Position numbers and translations under genes: made by a program. DNA of 64,000 bases from the human T2T-CHM13v2.0 reference genome, Homo sapiens: assembly GCF_009914755.1 (NCBI RefSeq), contig NC_060934.1; one strand, written 5' to 3'. Positions 44,789 to 57,553 of the stretch are shown here, in pieces; within the stretch, counting starts at the first letter, position 1; every line of letters starts with the position of its first letter. Below the pieces are notes generated by a model. The model worked only from the letters and a program-made list of their open reading frames with translations, ran no database searches and had not been told where the DNA came from.

Positions 44789-47129
44789 TGATGGAGCTTC
44801 TGTCTCCCTAAGGCCAGGGAATGGGAAGACCAGCACTACCACATGCAGAAGATTGGGGAGTCACTGCTTGTGTCTGTCTGGACAGATCACGGTTTGCTGT
44901 GGTAACAGCAATCCCCAGGTCTCAGAGGCTTAAAGCAACAGAGGTTTATTTCTTGTTCACACTGCATGTTCATCACTTATCTGCTTTATGTTGTCCTCAC
45001 TGGGGGGACCCATAGTGATTAGTGGGAACACCCCTGGTGGCTTGGACAGAGGGACAGAGAACATGATGATCCCTGTGTCCTGCCACTGAGTCCTGGTGGC
45101 CTTTAAGATGCCTATGGGAAGGGGATTAGGTTCCTGCTGCCTGTCTCTGCCCTGCCGTGTCAGTCCTTGGATATCTTGCATGTTCCATCCGCTACCTGGA
45201 TGTGGCCTGTAGGGGCAGCCACCTTTCCTAGAAGCAGGAGCAGGTAGCGATACCCAGGCAGGCCTGGTCCTCCCCACTTTTGTGGGACTCGGGGATTGAG
45301 CTTGCAGGCATAGGGGTGTAGAAAGCAGTGGTAGCGAGGTGACTGAAGGTGGACTCCCACTGGGGATGGGATTGAGTGTGGGGCTAGATCCCTGGTCTGT
45401 AGAAGGGAGTAGGAACCCTGTTAGTTAAATTTTCCCCCTCAGGCCACGTTAGTAGGATTTTGAAGAGTCAGCCACACTGTGGCTCTTGATTTTGTGCCTG
45501 GTCACCTGCTTGGTCTCTGGTGATTTCCCTCGGGGCCAGCAGACACTGTTGGAGGTGGTGAGGCCTCAGGTTCTTCTGCTTCATGGTTAACTCACTCTGC
45601 TTAGGCATATTTCCACCTTTTCCAGGGCCTCCGTTTTTCTGCCAGTGGATTGAGAGGTGGTGGTGGTCTCCAGCAGTGGTCTCACTCTTGGCAGGCTATC
45701 AGAGTACCCAGGGAGCTGCGTAGAATGAAGTTTTGAGAGTCTTTGGTCTAGGTGAATGCCAGCGTTTCAGTTTGCTTATCTTCCATTATAGTAGTGTCCT
45801 CTGTAACTGTGAATCAGGGAGGTTATTCATAATATCTCCACATCCATTTTCTCCCTTAATTGCGTATGCTTTTGATTTAGACAGGGCAAGTAGCCATTTT
45901 GGTGGAGCGCAGGCCCTGGCAGGGGGGCAGTGTCCAGTGCCGCTCTCAATTAAACGTGAAGATGTGAAGATGAATAACACTGTCCAGCTTGCAGAGTGGA
46001 CGGTGGTGAGGCAAGCTTTCAAGTTGCACCTACTTTCTAGTTGAGTGACCTACACAAGTCTTTGATTTTTTTTTTTTTTCTTCCTGGAAAAAAAAAGTTG
46101 TCTACTTTTCTCATCTGTAAAGTGAGAAGAATCAAGTCTGCCTTTTCTGTCTCACGGGGTTGCAGTGAAGCATTAGTACCCTGAGAAGCAAGATCCAAAG
46201 CCCCTGAGTTAGGCCTGACACTGGTGTGAGACAGCTGCCATCTCTGGCGGCACTCAGCAAGTGTTCACCAGCAGCTGATTCTGGGAACCTCACTTCCTCC
46301 GCCCTTGGGCTTGGTGGGGTTGGGTAGGGTTGGGTGGGGCTGTGGTTTTCTTTTAGGAGGCAGCAGGCCAGGCCTGGAGACCAGAGCTTAAGTGGGCCTG
46401 GGCAGGCTGGGGTTGAAACTCTTCACCCCTTGCGGTCTGTACTGCCTCCCAACTGAGCAGCCAGGGAGAAGGCCTAGAGCCTGTGCCTTTCAGCTAGATA
46501 GCTGGAGGAACTGGCTCCTCCCTCCTTAGGCTGTGCTGGCCTGAGCTGGGAGCCTGAGAGCTGGGGCAGTTGTCTCTAAAGTGGCTTCTGGGATTCTGGT
46601 AAGAGGTGAGCTCCTGGTGCTGCCTCAGAGTCTTTGTGTTTCCTGGCATTTGGGAGAGCTGGAGTTGGGCTGTCCTGCATGGGTAAGGTTTGGGGAGGGA
46701 CTGGAACAAGGGGCTAGTGAACCTTCTCTGGGTTTTTCCTGCCTGACTATGCGTTGACAGTCCCAGCTGTTGGGCCTGTGCTCCTGTACACTGCACGGCC
46801 TTGAGAGGAGTTCGGAGCCCTAACATCCAGGAGAGAGGCCCCACAGCAGTGGAAGGAAATGGGCCTCTCCCGAATCTCTTGTTTGTACCCCGAGGTCTGA
46901 GTGGTGATCCTGGGGATGCTATGGGACTCTCAGCAGTAGGAGTGTGTCTGTCCCCAGTCTGGGTGCCCACCAGCTGTGCTGAGGGTCCTCTCCTGTGTCC
47001 CTGGGCCAGGCAGACAGGGTCTTTTTCTGGGGCTTGTTAGGGGAGGTCAGCCACAGCCCCAGACCAAGTAATTTACACACCCTGAGTGAGGGGTGGGAGC
47101 AGTGGGTCCAGGAAGACTTAGGGAGCTGG

Positions 47130-47593
47130 TGAAAGAAAAACTTAATTCTGACACTTGTTAAACTGGTAAGGTAGACTGTATCAGGACTATTACGATAGAT
47201 GTAGGAATTATCGCAATGGATTTTGCAGTAGAGGGGAGAGAGTGGGCCAACTCCAAATACAACAAAGAAAAGTGGGAACTTATAGCCAAGGAGCGGAGTG
47301 TGGGGGCTCCTGAAAATTTCTAAGAGGGTAGGGAAATTTTTACTAAACTTAGCTAACTGAATTCTTGCTGCAGGCAGGCCAGGGTGATCAGGTTTTACCT
47401 GGGAGATAGTACAGGATGAGAAATACGTTCAGATATCCAGGGTGATTAGATATTGAGGTTGGGGGATTCTGGTTAACAGGAGTTTTGCTAAAACTAGGCT
47501 CTTAGAGAGAATGGAGTTAGGAACCCTAGGTCAGGACCAGATGAGTAGAGGGCTCAGAGGAATAAAGTTTGGTGAGGGACAGAATCTCTGTCA
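47130..47593 (-). mobile_element. ERV1-type solo LTR
   Basis: tga...tgtca termini, LTR-like internal sequence. Confidence 0.55.
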
Positions 47594-50500
47594 GTATCCC
47601 GTGGTTGGCAGTGTCCTGTCCATTCTTCTTGCACTGGCCTGTCCCTCAGGAGACAGGTGTGAGTGGTCCTGAGCTTGGGCCAGTGTAAGAGTAGGGGACA
47701 GGTTTCTCTCCTTGTAGGTGTCCCTTCTTGTAAGTGTCACTCTCTTTTTTTCCAGAAACCTTGGTCCTTTTCAGCATCTGCTGGCCCCTTGTCCCTTGGC
47801 TCCCTTGCTCTTGGCCTGCTGGATTTCCCCTCTGCACCCAGGAAATCGCATGGACCTGGGTCCTTGTTTCCCTACAGCCCACCAATTTTGCTGCTTTTTT
47901 CTGCCCCCTGAAGCTGAGCTCCTGCTGCAATTTGTGTTCCCTGCTCTCCCTGTCCTGGGCAAACCAGTCTGACAACTTTGTGGTTCTCGCTCCCGCCTCC
48001 ATCAGCCTGGGGATTGACTGTCCCATTTGTCTGAGCTGGGCAGAGGGAGGTGCTGTGGGGGATCTCTTCCTCTTGCCTGGACTGCACACTCCTGCTGCCT
48101 TCTAGCCGGAGCTCCTGGGCATTTTGCCTATGGGAGCTTCACCAGCTTCCTTCTGTCTGAGGCCTACAAGTCCCTGCCTCCAGCCTACCTTGTTCCTCCT
48201 CCATGAGTGAGGCTCCTCCTTTTCTCTCTGGCCCTCCTGTCTACTTGATCAGACTCTGCCTCTCTTGAGGGCCGGCTCCCTCCAGCCTACCCTGCACAGG
48301 TGACCCTGTTTGGCCTGCCTCCTTTTCTTGAGGCTGATCTTGTCTCAACAGTCAGCTTTTCAGGAACCAGGCCCTTGCTGTTGTAAGGAAAACCTGTCGG
48401 CTGTGGATGGGGCCTTCCCTCCTTCCTAAAGGCTCTGTAGCCAGCTTCCACCCTTGCAGTGGAACAGTGGTGGTGCCAGAACCCTGCTCTCTGCAGCCAT
48501 CCTGCCTACCACAGTCATTGTGTTTTGTAACTCTAGTAGCTTCTTGTGAAATACAAGTGATGGTATAAACGTGGATAGGTTTTTGAGGGGGGCATGCCAA
48601 AATCAGAGTTGGTGGTAGTGGTGGGGGATTCATTCCCAAGGGCTCTGGGGTGCTAAGTGTGTGAGCAAAGAGGAACAAGTGGCATGTGCCCAGGATGGGG
48701 TGGGGCGGGCAGGTTTAGTTGAGGGCTCCTCTGGTGTAGGGTAGCCCTGACGCTCCCCTCCATGGCATGACTGATGAGGTGGCAAAGGCAGGTGCCAGGA
48801 TTTGGTGTGTTGAAGATTAGTGCCTGGGTTGGGCTCTGCTCACTCCTGCAGAAAGACGGTTGGAGAGGGGCTGGTCTTGGTTTCACAGAGGATTGTGGGA
48901 TTACAGGCAAGACCTGCTGAGGGCTTGCACTGAGCCACCGAGAGGAGCAGAAAGAGATACGAGGGCTTCAGGTGCCAGTATGGTTCTCACTGTTGTGAGA
49001 TCTCATTTGTGCCTTTTTTTTTTTTCCTTCAGACAGGGTCTCACTCTGTTGCCCAGGCTGGAGTGCAGTGGCCCTATCACAGCTCACTGAGGCCTCCACC
49101 TTCCTGGCTCAAGTGATCCTCCCGCCTCAGCCTCCTGAGTAGCAGGGACCACAGGCATGCAGCACCACACCCAGCTAATTTAAAGAATTTTTTGTAGAGA
49201 TTGGATCTTGCTATGTTGCCTAGGCTGGTGTCAAACTCCTGGGCACTTGATTTGTGCTTCTTAATTCAGGGGCTACTTATTGAACATATTTAGCAGTCTT
49301 CAGAAAGCATCTTATTCTGTAAGGGGAACCAAATATACCCATTCCCCCTCTCTGGCCTTCTTTCCCTGTGGTCTGGGCGGTCTTTGAGCTTGAGGTCATT
49401 AGGAGGTGTTTATTTCTGTCCGCCCTGGTGGCCTAGGGCGTAGGAATGGGGTGGGATGGGATGGGATGGGGTGGGGTGGGGTGGAGGAGTTATTCTACAT
49501 AGATAGAGTTCTGTTTATGCAGCACTCCCTGCCATACACATCTCTCACTCAAATGGTCTGGCCAGTCCTGGTTCTAATGGTCATTGTGTCATTCCCCTCA
49601 GCAGCAGGAAAGGCTGGAATGGTTTTTGTATTGTTCCTTAGGGGGAAAAATCACTTGGAGGAAGTATATCAGTGCTTCTGAGTGCAGAGTATTTATTGAC
49701 ACGTCAGTTAAAGGAAGCTTTTAAACAACATATATGTATCTCTTTAGTGAGGAATAAATCTACAAGTGCATCTCACAGCTCCATTTTGCAGCTTCCATTT
49801 CCTGGAAGGTACATGGAGTTTAGTGGTTAGGGAATGGGGTTTTGAGCTGGGATTTTGGAGAAACTGTTTTTAGCCTGTCCTTGGAATTGGGCCAGGCCTA
49901 GAAATCTGTTGAAATAGCTTTCTTTAGTTGCTGAAACTGGGATGTGTTCATAGCACTAGGACCTCGAGCTCCACTGATGACTGAGTGGGGAGGGCTCAGA
50001 GAAGGGTCCCTGTGGATGCCCGGGATGCCTGGGTTTCAGTCCCGTCTCCTGCATCGCCTACATTGCCTGAATCTTAGGGTCTTACAGATTTATCATGAAG
50101 TGGGCTTGGCAGCAGATGGTCTGGTTTCTTTTGTGCCTTTGTCAGAATCTGTTCTTGCTCTTCTTAGGAAAACTTTCTATTTCAGGACTTGGGGTGGAGT
50201 CGAAAGCAGGGAGCCCTGTGAGTTGGTGAGTCTGTATCCCTGAGGCTGCCACTGCCTGACCCCCTCCTTCCCCTTGTTTCGTTTCCCCTCCCCATTACTC
50301 TGCCTTGTTCTAGGGAAACACCAGAAGCTGCCTGCAGACAGCTACGGGTAAAATTGTGTGTCCAGCCACAAACTTTAGGCATTTTAAATATTAATTTAGG
50401 TTTAACATTTTTATTTACAAAAATGTATACATGATGAAAAACACATAACAAAGATACACGGTGAAAACTCCTATTTCTATCCCTGACCCCTTCAGTTCTG

Positions 50501-53500
50501 CTCCCCTGAGGCCGCTGTCACCAGATGTTCAGTGCCTAGTCAAGCATGACTGTATTCCTCTCTTGTTTATTACCCCAGTGGTATACTAATTATGCTGTTT
50601 TGCACTTCCTGATTTTTACTCTGAGAATTTATCCCAGGATTGTTCCATTTTAGCACACATAGTTTAGTCCATTCTTTTTAACAGCAGTGCATGATTCTGC
50701 TGCACAGTGAATGATGACTCACTTTACCAGCTCTCTATTGATGGATTTTGAGGTTGCTTTCAGTGTTTTGTTTCTATAGGCTAAGCTGCAGGAGTGTCTT
50801 ATGCATGCTGCAGGTCTGTAGTGGAAATGACTAGATGTGGAGTTACTGCATTAGGTGTGTAAAAGGAAAAGAAACATGCGGCTTTGATTCCGAAAGGGGG
50901 AATGAAAGTTTACAAAGTTTTCTTTTGGAGGGATCTTGGCCTTCTACAGAGACAAGAGCTGGAGAAACTACTGGGAAGGCATGAGAGGTGCCAGCGTGTT
51001 GGTTCCCACCCAAGTCCATCTTTGGTTCAGTTCAGGCCAGCCTGTCTCCGTGACCTCCATATTTACAGCCCTTGGCTGGCCCTCTGGCTCATGCAGCCTG
51101 TGCCCCTAAAAGTGTGAGGAGTCAGCCAGAGCGAGTTGGGGTGTAGGGAGGCGGGGAGCAGGCTTCTCATAGTGGGTTCCAGCAACCTCACGACTTTGCA
51201 GGACCTATGTGGGGTGTGAAGGGGGAGCGTTGGTTGCAGCAAGCTGGAGCTGGCGTCAGCTTTTAGAGGAGCAGATTTTCCCGCAGTGTCAGGGGTTGGT
51301 GTGAGGATCGGCCTCCTTCTCTGGCCTCCCTTGGCCTTTCGCTGCTCTGCACACCTCCCTGTTCAGGCCGCCTTGGGCCTGGTTGCCACCCTGTGATTTT
51401 AAAAGCCTGTGTAAAAGGCACCTGGTGAAAATAATAGATGGGTTTTGTGTTTTGAGCGGGAGCTTCCTTTCAGAACAGAAATGGGGTACGGTTCTTCCTG
51501 GGATGGGTGGGGAAGGAGGGACAGTCGTGAGAGCATGTTGGAGGTGCCCACTCTGTGTTGGGAGCTCTCTGGTTGTTTCCCTGTGTGGCTTTCACTGCCC
51601 CATGCCAGGGCAGGGTGGGAAGCAGGGAGACTTTAGGGCTGGCTGGCAGATAGACCTCCTAAATAGACCCTGACCTGGTGGGTTTGAGGCTTGTGTCCCT
51701 GCCATGGCTCTCCCACCCTTCTACTCAGAGAACTTCTCACCATTGCGGTTACATGCAGTCCCCGTGAGAAGGCCAGAGCTTCCCATGTGCAGCTCATTGT
51801 CTGGGCCTGGGTCCTTGGTAGCACAGAGGTTTCTATTGTGGCCTGGTGGCAGTGAGGGCTGACCTGTGGAGCTGAGGAGGCGGGACCTGGGGCCTCACAG
51901 TGGAGCTATTCAGGGGCTCTGCCCTGGTTTCCTGCTGCTTCCCATTGTAGATTTTTTTGGGGGAAGGGTGGGAGGGAACTAGAGAAGGAGGAGAGTGGGA
52001 GAGGGAGTGGTCAGTGCAACTATTGTTGCTGGTAGCAGGAGCCCTTTATGCTTAATAGAGGTCCATTTGCAGACAGCCTTGAGCCACTCCAAGGCCCATC
52101 ATGTGTTCTCAGATTCTAGTTTCTGCCTCTGTCAAGATCCCCCTTCGCCCTTCTCAAGTCCCTGTGCTTGCCTGGAACACCTCTGGGTAAGAGTTCTGAG
52201 CAGCTGGGCAAGGAGCAGGAGTGGCCGGTGCCAGGCTTGTCGGCCACCTGCCCACTGCTTTGGGGAGTGAGTTCTGCCGAGTCTTCCCGGCCCAGCTGTG
52301 CCCTTGGGTGGGGGCCAGGCACGTGCCTGGGTTGCTATTAGTCTCCCAGGCCCCCCACTTGCTTTGTGCCTCAGTGCTCAGCCCAGTGCTCCCGTTCCTC
52401 ACGCGAGCACTCAGCTGCTGAAAAGCCTGTGTGCTGGCAGCTCAGCCTGCAGCCACCCCCGCTGCAGGAGCCACAGCCATTTTCCTTTGTTCTGCCATCT
52501 CCGGGCTCTTGAATCTCAGGCTGGCAGTGGGCAGCAGGCAGCCAGCACACAGCGCTGGTGGGGTGGAAACCCTTGTGACATGAATCTGCCCACTGAGCCA
52601 AAGGCATGGCAGCCCCCTGGCTGCACCCCTAATTCCTCTGGCTGTACCCCTATCTCCCAGCCATGCTGAGAGAAGCACAGAGTATCCCCTCTTACTGGAT
52701 CAGAAAGATAGTGACACCTACAGTGGGAACAGAGAGAGGTCTCACCTGTTTTGGGCCACTGAGGTGCACACTAAAGAGAGAGAGAGTTAGCCTCCGGGTC
52801 TTTGGCAGAAAAAGCCACTCTCAGGCACAAAGGATGCTCGTTCTTAATCTCCTGGTCTTTGTTGAAAACAGAGGCAGGATTGGTTAAGAATATTTTTTAT
52901 TTTGGTCCTTATGGTTGTGAGGACCTTTCTCTAACTGAGGGGAACTGTACCCTGCTTCTTCACATCTGAATCTCTCCCTTCTCTCCCCCACCACTTTTTG
53001 GTGGGCAAAATGAGCATTCTCTTTTGGGGTACAATTTCAGCTATGTGTGGGGTTGCAGGCGGGGTGAAGGCCACTCTCACCCGCTGTCTGACTTCTCTAT
53101 CTGAGGTGTGCCCGCCCCAACCCATACTGTCTCCTTTCTAAACCACAGACAGAATCTGTAAGGCACCTGCCTTTGAAATAGAGTTGTTTTGTATAGAACT
53201 CATAACTCCCACTAGTTTTCATGTGTTTAGCATTATAGCTTACCCTTTCAAAACCCATCCTGGCTGTCTTATTTGATTCTCTTATCAGCCAAGTCTTACA
53301 AATCAAGAAGCAAGCCTCAGCCCCAGATAGGGTTGCACCTTGGAGTGTCCTCATTTTATTTTATTTTTTGACATGGAATCTTGCTCTGTTGCCCAGGCTG
53401 GAGTGTAGTGGCATGAATATGGTTTAGTGTAGCCCCCACCTCCCAGGCTCAAGTGATCCTCCTGCCTCAGCTTTCCCAGTAGCTGAAACCACAGGCACGC

Positions 53501-53763
53501 ATCACCATGCGCGACTAATTTTTAAAAATTTTTCATAGAGACGAACTCTTGCAATGTTGCCTTGGCTGGTCTCGAACTCATCTTCTGGGTTCAAGCTGTC
53601 CGTCTGCCTCGGACTCCCAAAGTGCTAGGATTACAGGTGTGAGCCACAGCACCCAGCCCTCATTTTAACAAATGTTGTAGCACCTACAAGACTCAAAGTA
53701 AAAAGAGCTGGTGCTCATCGTGAAAGGCATTGAAACACCCCCACTTTGGTGGGGGGTGGGGTA

Positions 53764-54433
53764 TGTTAACAGAAAAACCAAAGTCTCTAAAATATTTTAA
53801 AGAGGTTTATTCCAATCCAGTGAGTGTCTGCGTCCTGGGAAAAGCACGGTCTCAAGAGGTGTGGGGAAAGGGTGCTTGAGGCCGTTGGATTACGGTTTTG
53901 TTTTATACATTTTAAGGAGGCAAAAGTTACAGGCAAAGGCATAAGTCAGTACATGGAAGATATGCATTGTTTAAGCCCAGAAGGGTGGGATATCATGAAA
54001 CGGGCTTACAGGTCATAGGTGGGTTCGGAGATTCTTTAATTTGTAATTCGTTAAAGGAGTAAAGCTTTGTCCAAAAATTTAGAGTCAGCAGAAAGGACTG
54101 GTAAGATAAGGAAGTCCGTTAACCAATACACTGGGTTAGAGCTGTGGGGTGAGTGACTTAACCCTTGTCTGGCATGGCCTTCAGTCCTCTTTATATTTCG
54201 GTATCTTATTGTCACAAAGAGTCTTGTTTCTTAGTCTTATAATCTCTATTTTAATATTAATGATGGTCAGTTTTTGTGTCTAAATCCCAAAAGGGAGGAG
54301 GTATGTAATGAGGCCTTTCCAACCTCCTCCTTGTTGTGGCCAAGAGCTGTTTTTCAGGTTTCTCTGGGGTCCTCGTGGCCAAGAGGGTCTGTTTAGTTGG
54401 TTATGGGGCTTAGAATTTTATTTTTAGTTTACA
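53764..54433 (-). mobile_element. MER4-family solo LTR
   Basis: Minus strand begins TGTAAACTAAAAATAAAATTCTAAGCCCC, TG...CA ends, minus-strand AATAAA. Confidence 0.8.
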
Positions 54434-57008
54434 GGTTGTTGGACCCAAACAAGACTGGGAAAGTCACCATCGAGGCAGCTCAGTATTCTTTCTGGGAAAA
54501 ACACAATGGATGTAGAGGCTGGGATTTGAATTCGGGCTTACTGGGTGACCTTGGTGGGTCACTTCCTGGGGTGTAGATTCTTACTAGAAAATGGAAGTGT
54601 TGCTCAGAGGAACTTTGGGAACATTTTAGCTGTAACCCTTGGAGTTCTATTAATCTAACTCCAAAATGGTTCTATTAATCTAACTCCACTACCTGGAATC
54701 TCTCTTGCCAACTCAGGATCCTTTGGAAGAAAATGTCATCAGATGGAATTAACAAAGAGCCCCTCTTTTCCTGGGCATTTCTTCCTCAGGTTCTTGAGGG
54801 GTGGTGATGATCACCTCAAAAGATGCCTGTAGTTTTCAAGTGGAAACCGAGCCACCCTGAGCCCAAACACACACTCCCAGTGTTCAGGCGCTGAGTGTGG
54901 CCCCTGGAGTTCACTGATGAGTAGTCTTACCTTGGACCTCGCCTTGGCTTTTCTTGGAAATGGCACATTACTTTTGTTTATTAGTGTAGCCCCTCTGTTG
55001 TGAAGTGGAATCCAGGGAGAGGGAAGTAAAGCTTTTAATTTTACCTCTTGCCAAAGTGAGGCCAAGCTCTTAAATGTAAAAACAAACTTGTTAAAAGTAA
55101 AAATGAAAACAATATCCCCATTCCTCTTCTTTGGGGGTGGAGACTGTGTTTAAATTTTGCCTCTATTTTGTCAACAGGTTCTAGGAGACAAAATGTTCTT
55201 TTCCTGGTGACCTTTCAGGCTGGGTTTCTGCCCTTTATGTGCCTTTCCTGGCCCAGCCTCCATCCTCTGGGCCCGCCCACCCAAACCAGCACTGCCTACC
55301 AGGCCCCCCTGTGCCTGTTGCCCGTCTGACTTCCTCCCATTGTCTTCGGGGCCAGCCTGTGTCACTGCTCTAGGCTGTGTTTCTGCCGGCACGAACACAG
55401 GAGGGCGGTGGTCTTGGAAGAGGCAGGTCTCTATCATTTGGTTAGAGTAGCTTTTACAGCTGAGAAATGGGAATAAAAATAATCTGTGAGGATCCATTGG
55501 GATGCAACAAAATCCCAAACAAATCCCAAAATTAAAGCATTCCTCCAGGGAAGCTGATTGCATCCTTGTAAATCAGGAACAATAAAGATGGGTGGCTTTC
55601 TTCCCATGACTTGCTTTAATGGTTGTTTTCCTTCTGTGTGTCAGCGTTACATCCTTACTATTCAAAGTGCCATCCACAGACCTGCTGATGGGCAGCATGA
55701 GCATCACCTGGGAGCTTGCTGCGCTGTAGAATCTTGAGGGGTCTCCATCCAGATCAGCTGAATCAGAGTTTGCATTGTTAACAAGGTAACCCAAGTGATT
55801 TGAATGCTTTTTTAAATTTTTTTTTTTTTTTTTTTGTGAGATAGGGTCTGACTGTGCGCTCAGTGGTACAATTAAGGCTCACTACACCCTTTATCTCCTG
55901 GGTTCAAGCGATCTGCCAAAGTGCTGGGATTACAGGCCCAAGCCACCATGCCCGGCCTGAATGCACTTTCATGTTTGAGAAGCACAGCCTCAGCCAGCCA
56001 CACTGTCATGCTTGCCCCTTCGCTTTGTTAGCCTGTTTCATGGTTTTGCAGTCTTTACCCACTTGCTTTCCTGTTTAAAGTTGTCGACTTTAAACAGGTT
56101 TGGCAGCCCCAGCTCTCAGTCCTTCCCCTCTGGGTGTGCAGTGCACAGCAGTTATTCCTCGGTGCCGGGGATGTCTTGGAAATGGAGCTAGTTCGAGAAA
56201 GCCCCCTTAGCCCAGAGCCCTGCTGGTGAGGTTATCTTTGGGGCATGGGGGTGGGGGTAGGGATGGGGGGGTAACTGGAGCCCTCCTGGGTGAAAGGGCA
56301 GCCCTAAGCCTCCCTGGCCATCTGGTGCCACTTGCCCTGCCCTGTTCCAGCTGGAGAACAGGTTCAGAATCAGGTTGTAAATATTGTTTGCTTTTGGAAG
56401 AAACACAAAGCATTTTCTATAAAGATGTTTTGGTGTATGTTGAAGATAAATAAATAGTCCAGAAGAGGGACTGTAAATTTGTATTTTGTAGTAGTTTTGC
56501 AGCAGAAAACAGTTTGAGGTGCTCTCCTGATTTCACTTTACGCCTGCACATCCCCTGCATTCTGGCGAAGGTTGGGGCTTTGTGGGGAAGAGCTTGCTTC
56601 CCTGGGAATGAGACCCTGACTCTCCTGCTCAGCTACCCAAGGGCTCCCCTGCATTTCTGGCTCTGTTTTAGGGGATGATCTGCTTTCTCCTGACTCTTGA
56701 TTTCCTCTCAGCCTTTTCCAGCAGTTTCTCACCATTGATTTGCAGTTTAAAAAATTCTGCCGCCTCTTCCTCCTCTCTTTTGACATTCACAAGGACACAC
56801 TTAGTTTTATTTTTCCCCACTGGGCTTCACTTTTCATGGCTTCTTTGGAAAGGATTTTTGTTTGTTTTGTTTTAGCTCTGTAAATCTTTTTCCCCCAGGC
56901 TGGGGGAGCCAGGCCCTGGGGTGGGCTGGAAAGTGTCCCACCCTAGACTCAGAAGTTTTCCAGATTGCCGTCCTTTGAGGTGGGTTTTTTTTGTCTTAAA
57001 ACACAGTA

Positions 57009-57553
57009 CAGTTGTCCCTTGGTGTCCTGTCTCCAAGGGAGATTGGTTTTAGCCCCAGCACTTAGTAGTGTTTGCATATAACCTATGTACTTCCTCCCAT
57101 ATACTTTAAATCATCTCTAGATTACTTATAATAACTAATACAATGTAAATGCTATGTAAGTATTATATAATTTAAAGCATTTGTAATTTTTTTTTCTTTT
57201 TGAGACAGAGTCTTGCTCTGTTGCCCAGGCTGGAGAGCAATGGTGCGTTCTCAGCTCACTGAAATCTCCGCCTCCCAGATTCAAGCAATTCTCCTGTCTC
57301 AGCCTCCTGAGTAGCTGAGACTACAGGTGTGCGCCACCAGGCCTGCTAATTTTTCTATTTTTGTTAGAGACTGGGTTTCACCATATTGGTCAGGCTGGTC
57401 TTGAACTTCTGACCTCAGGTGATCCACCTGCCTCCCAAAGTGTTGGGATTACAGGTGTGAACCGCTGCGCCCAGCCTTTCCTGAATACTTTTGATCCTGG
57501 TTGCTTGAATCTGAGGATGTGGAACCTGTGGATATATGGAAGACTGACAGTAT
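57009..57553. mobile_element. MER2/Tigger-type MITE split by an antisense Alu (57188-57476)
   Basis: ta|cagttgtccct start, MER2-like body (gcatataaccta...aaatcatctctagattacttataat). Confidence 0.7.
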
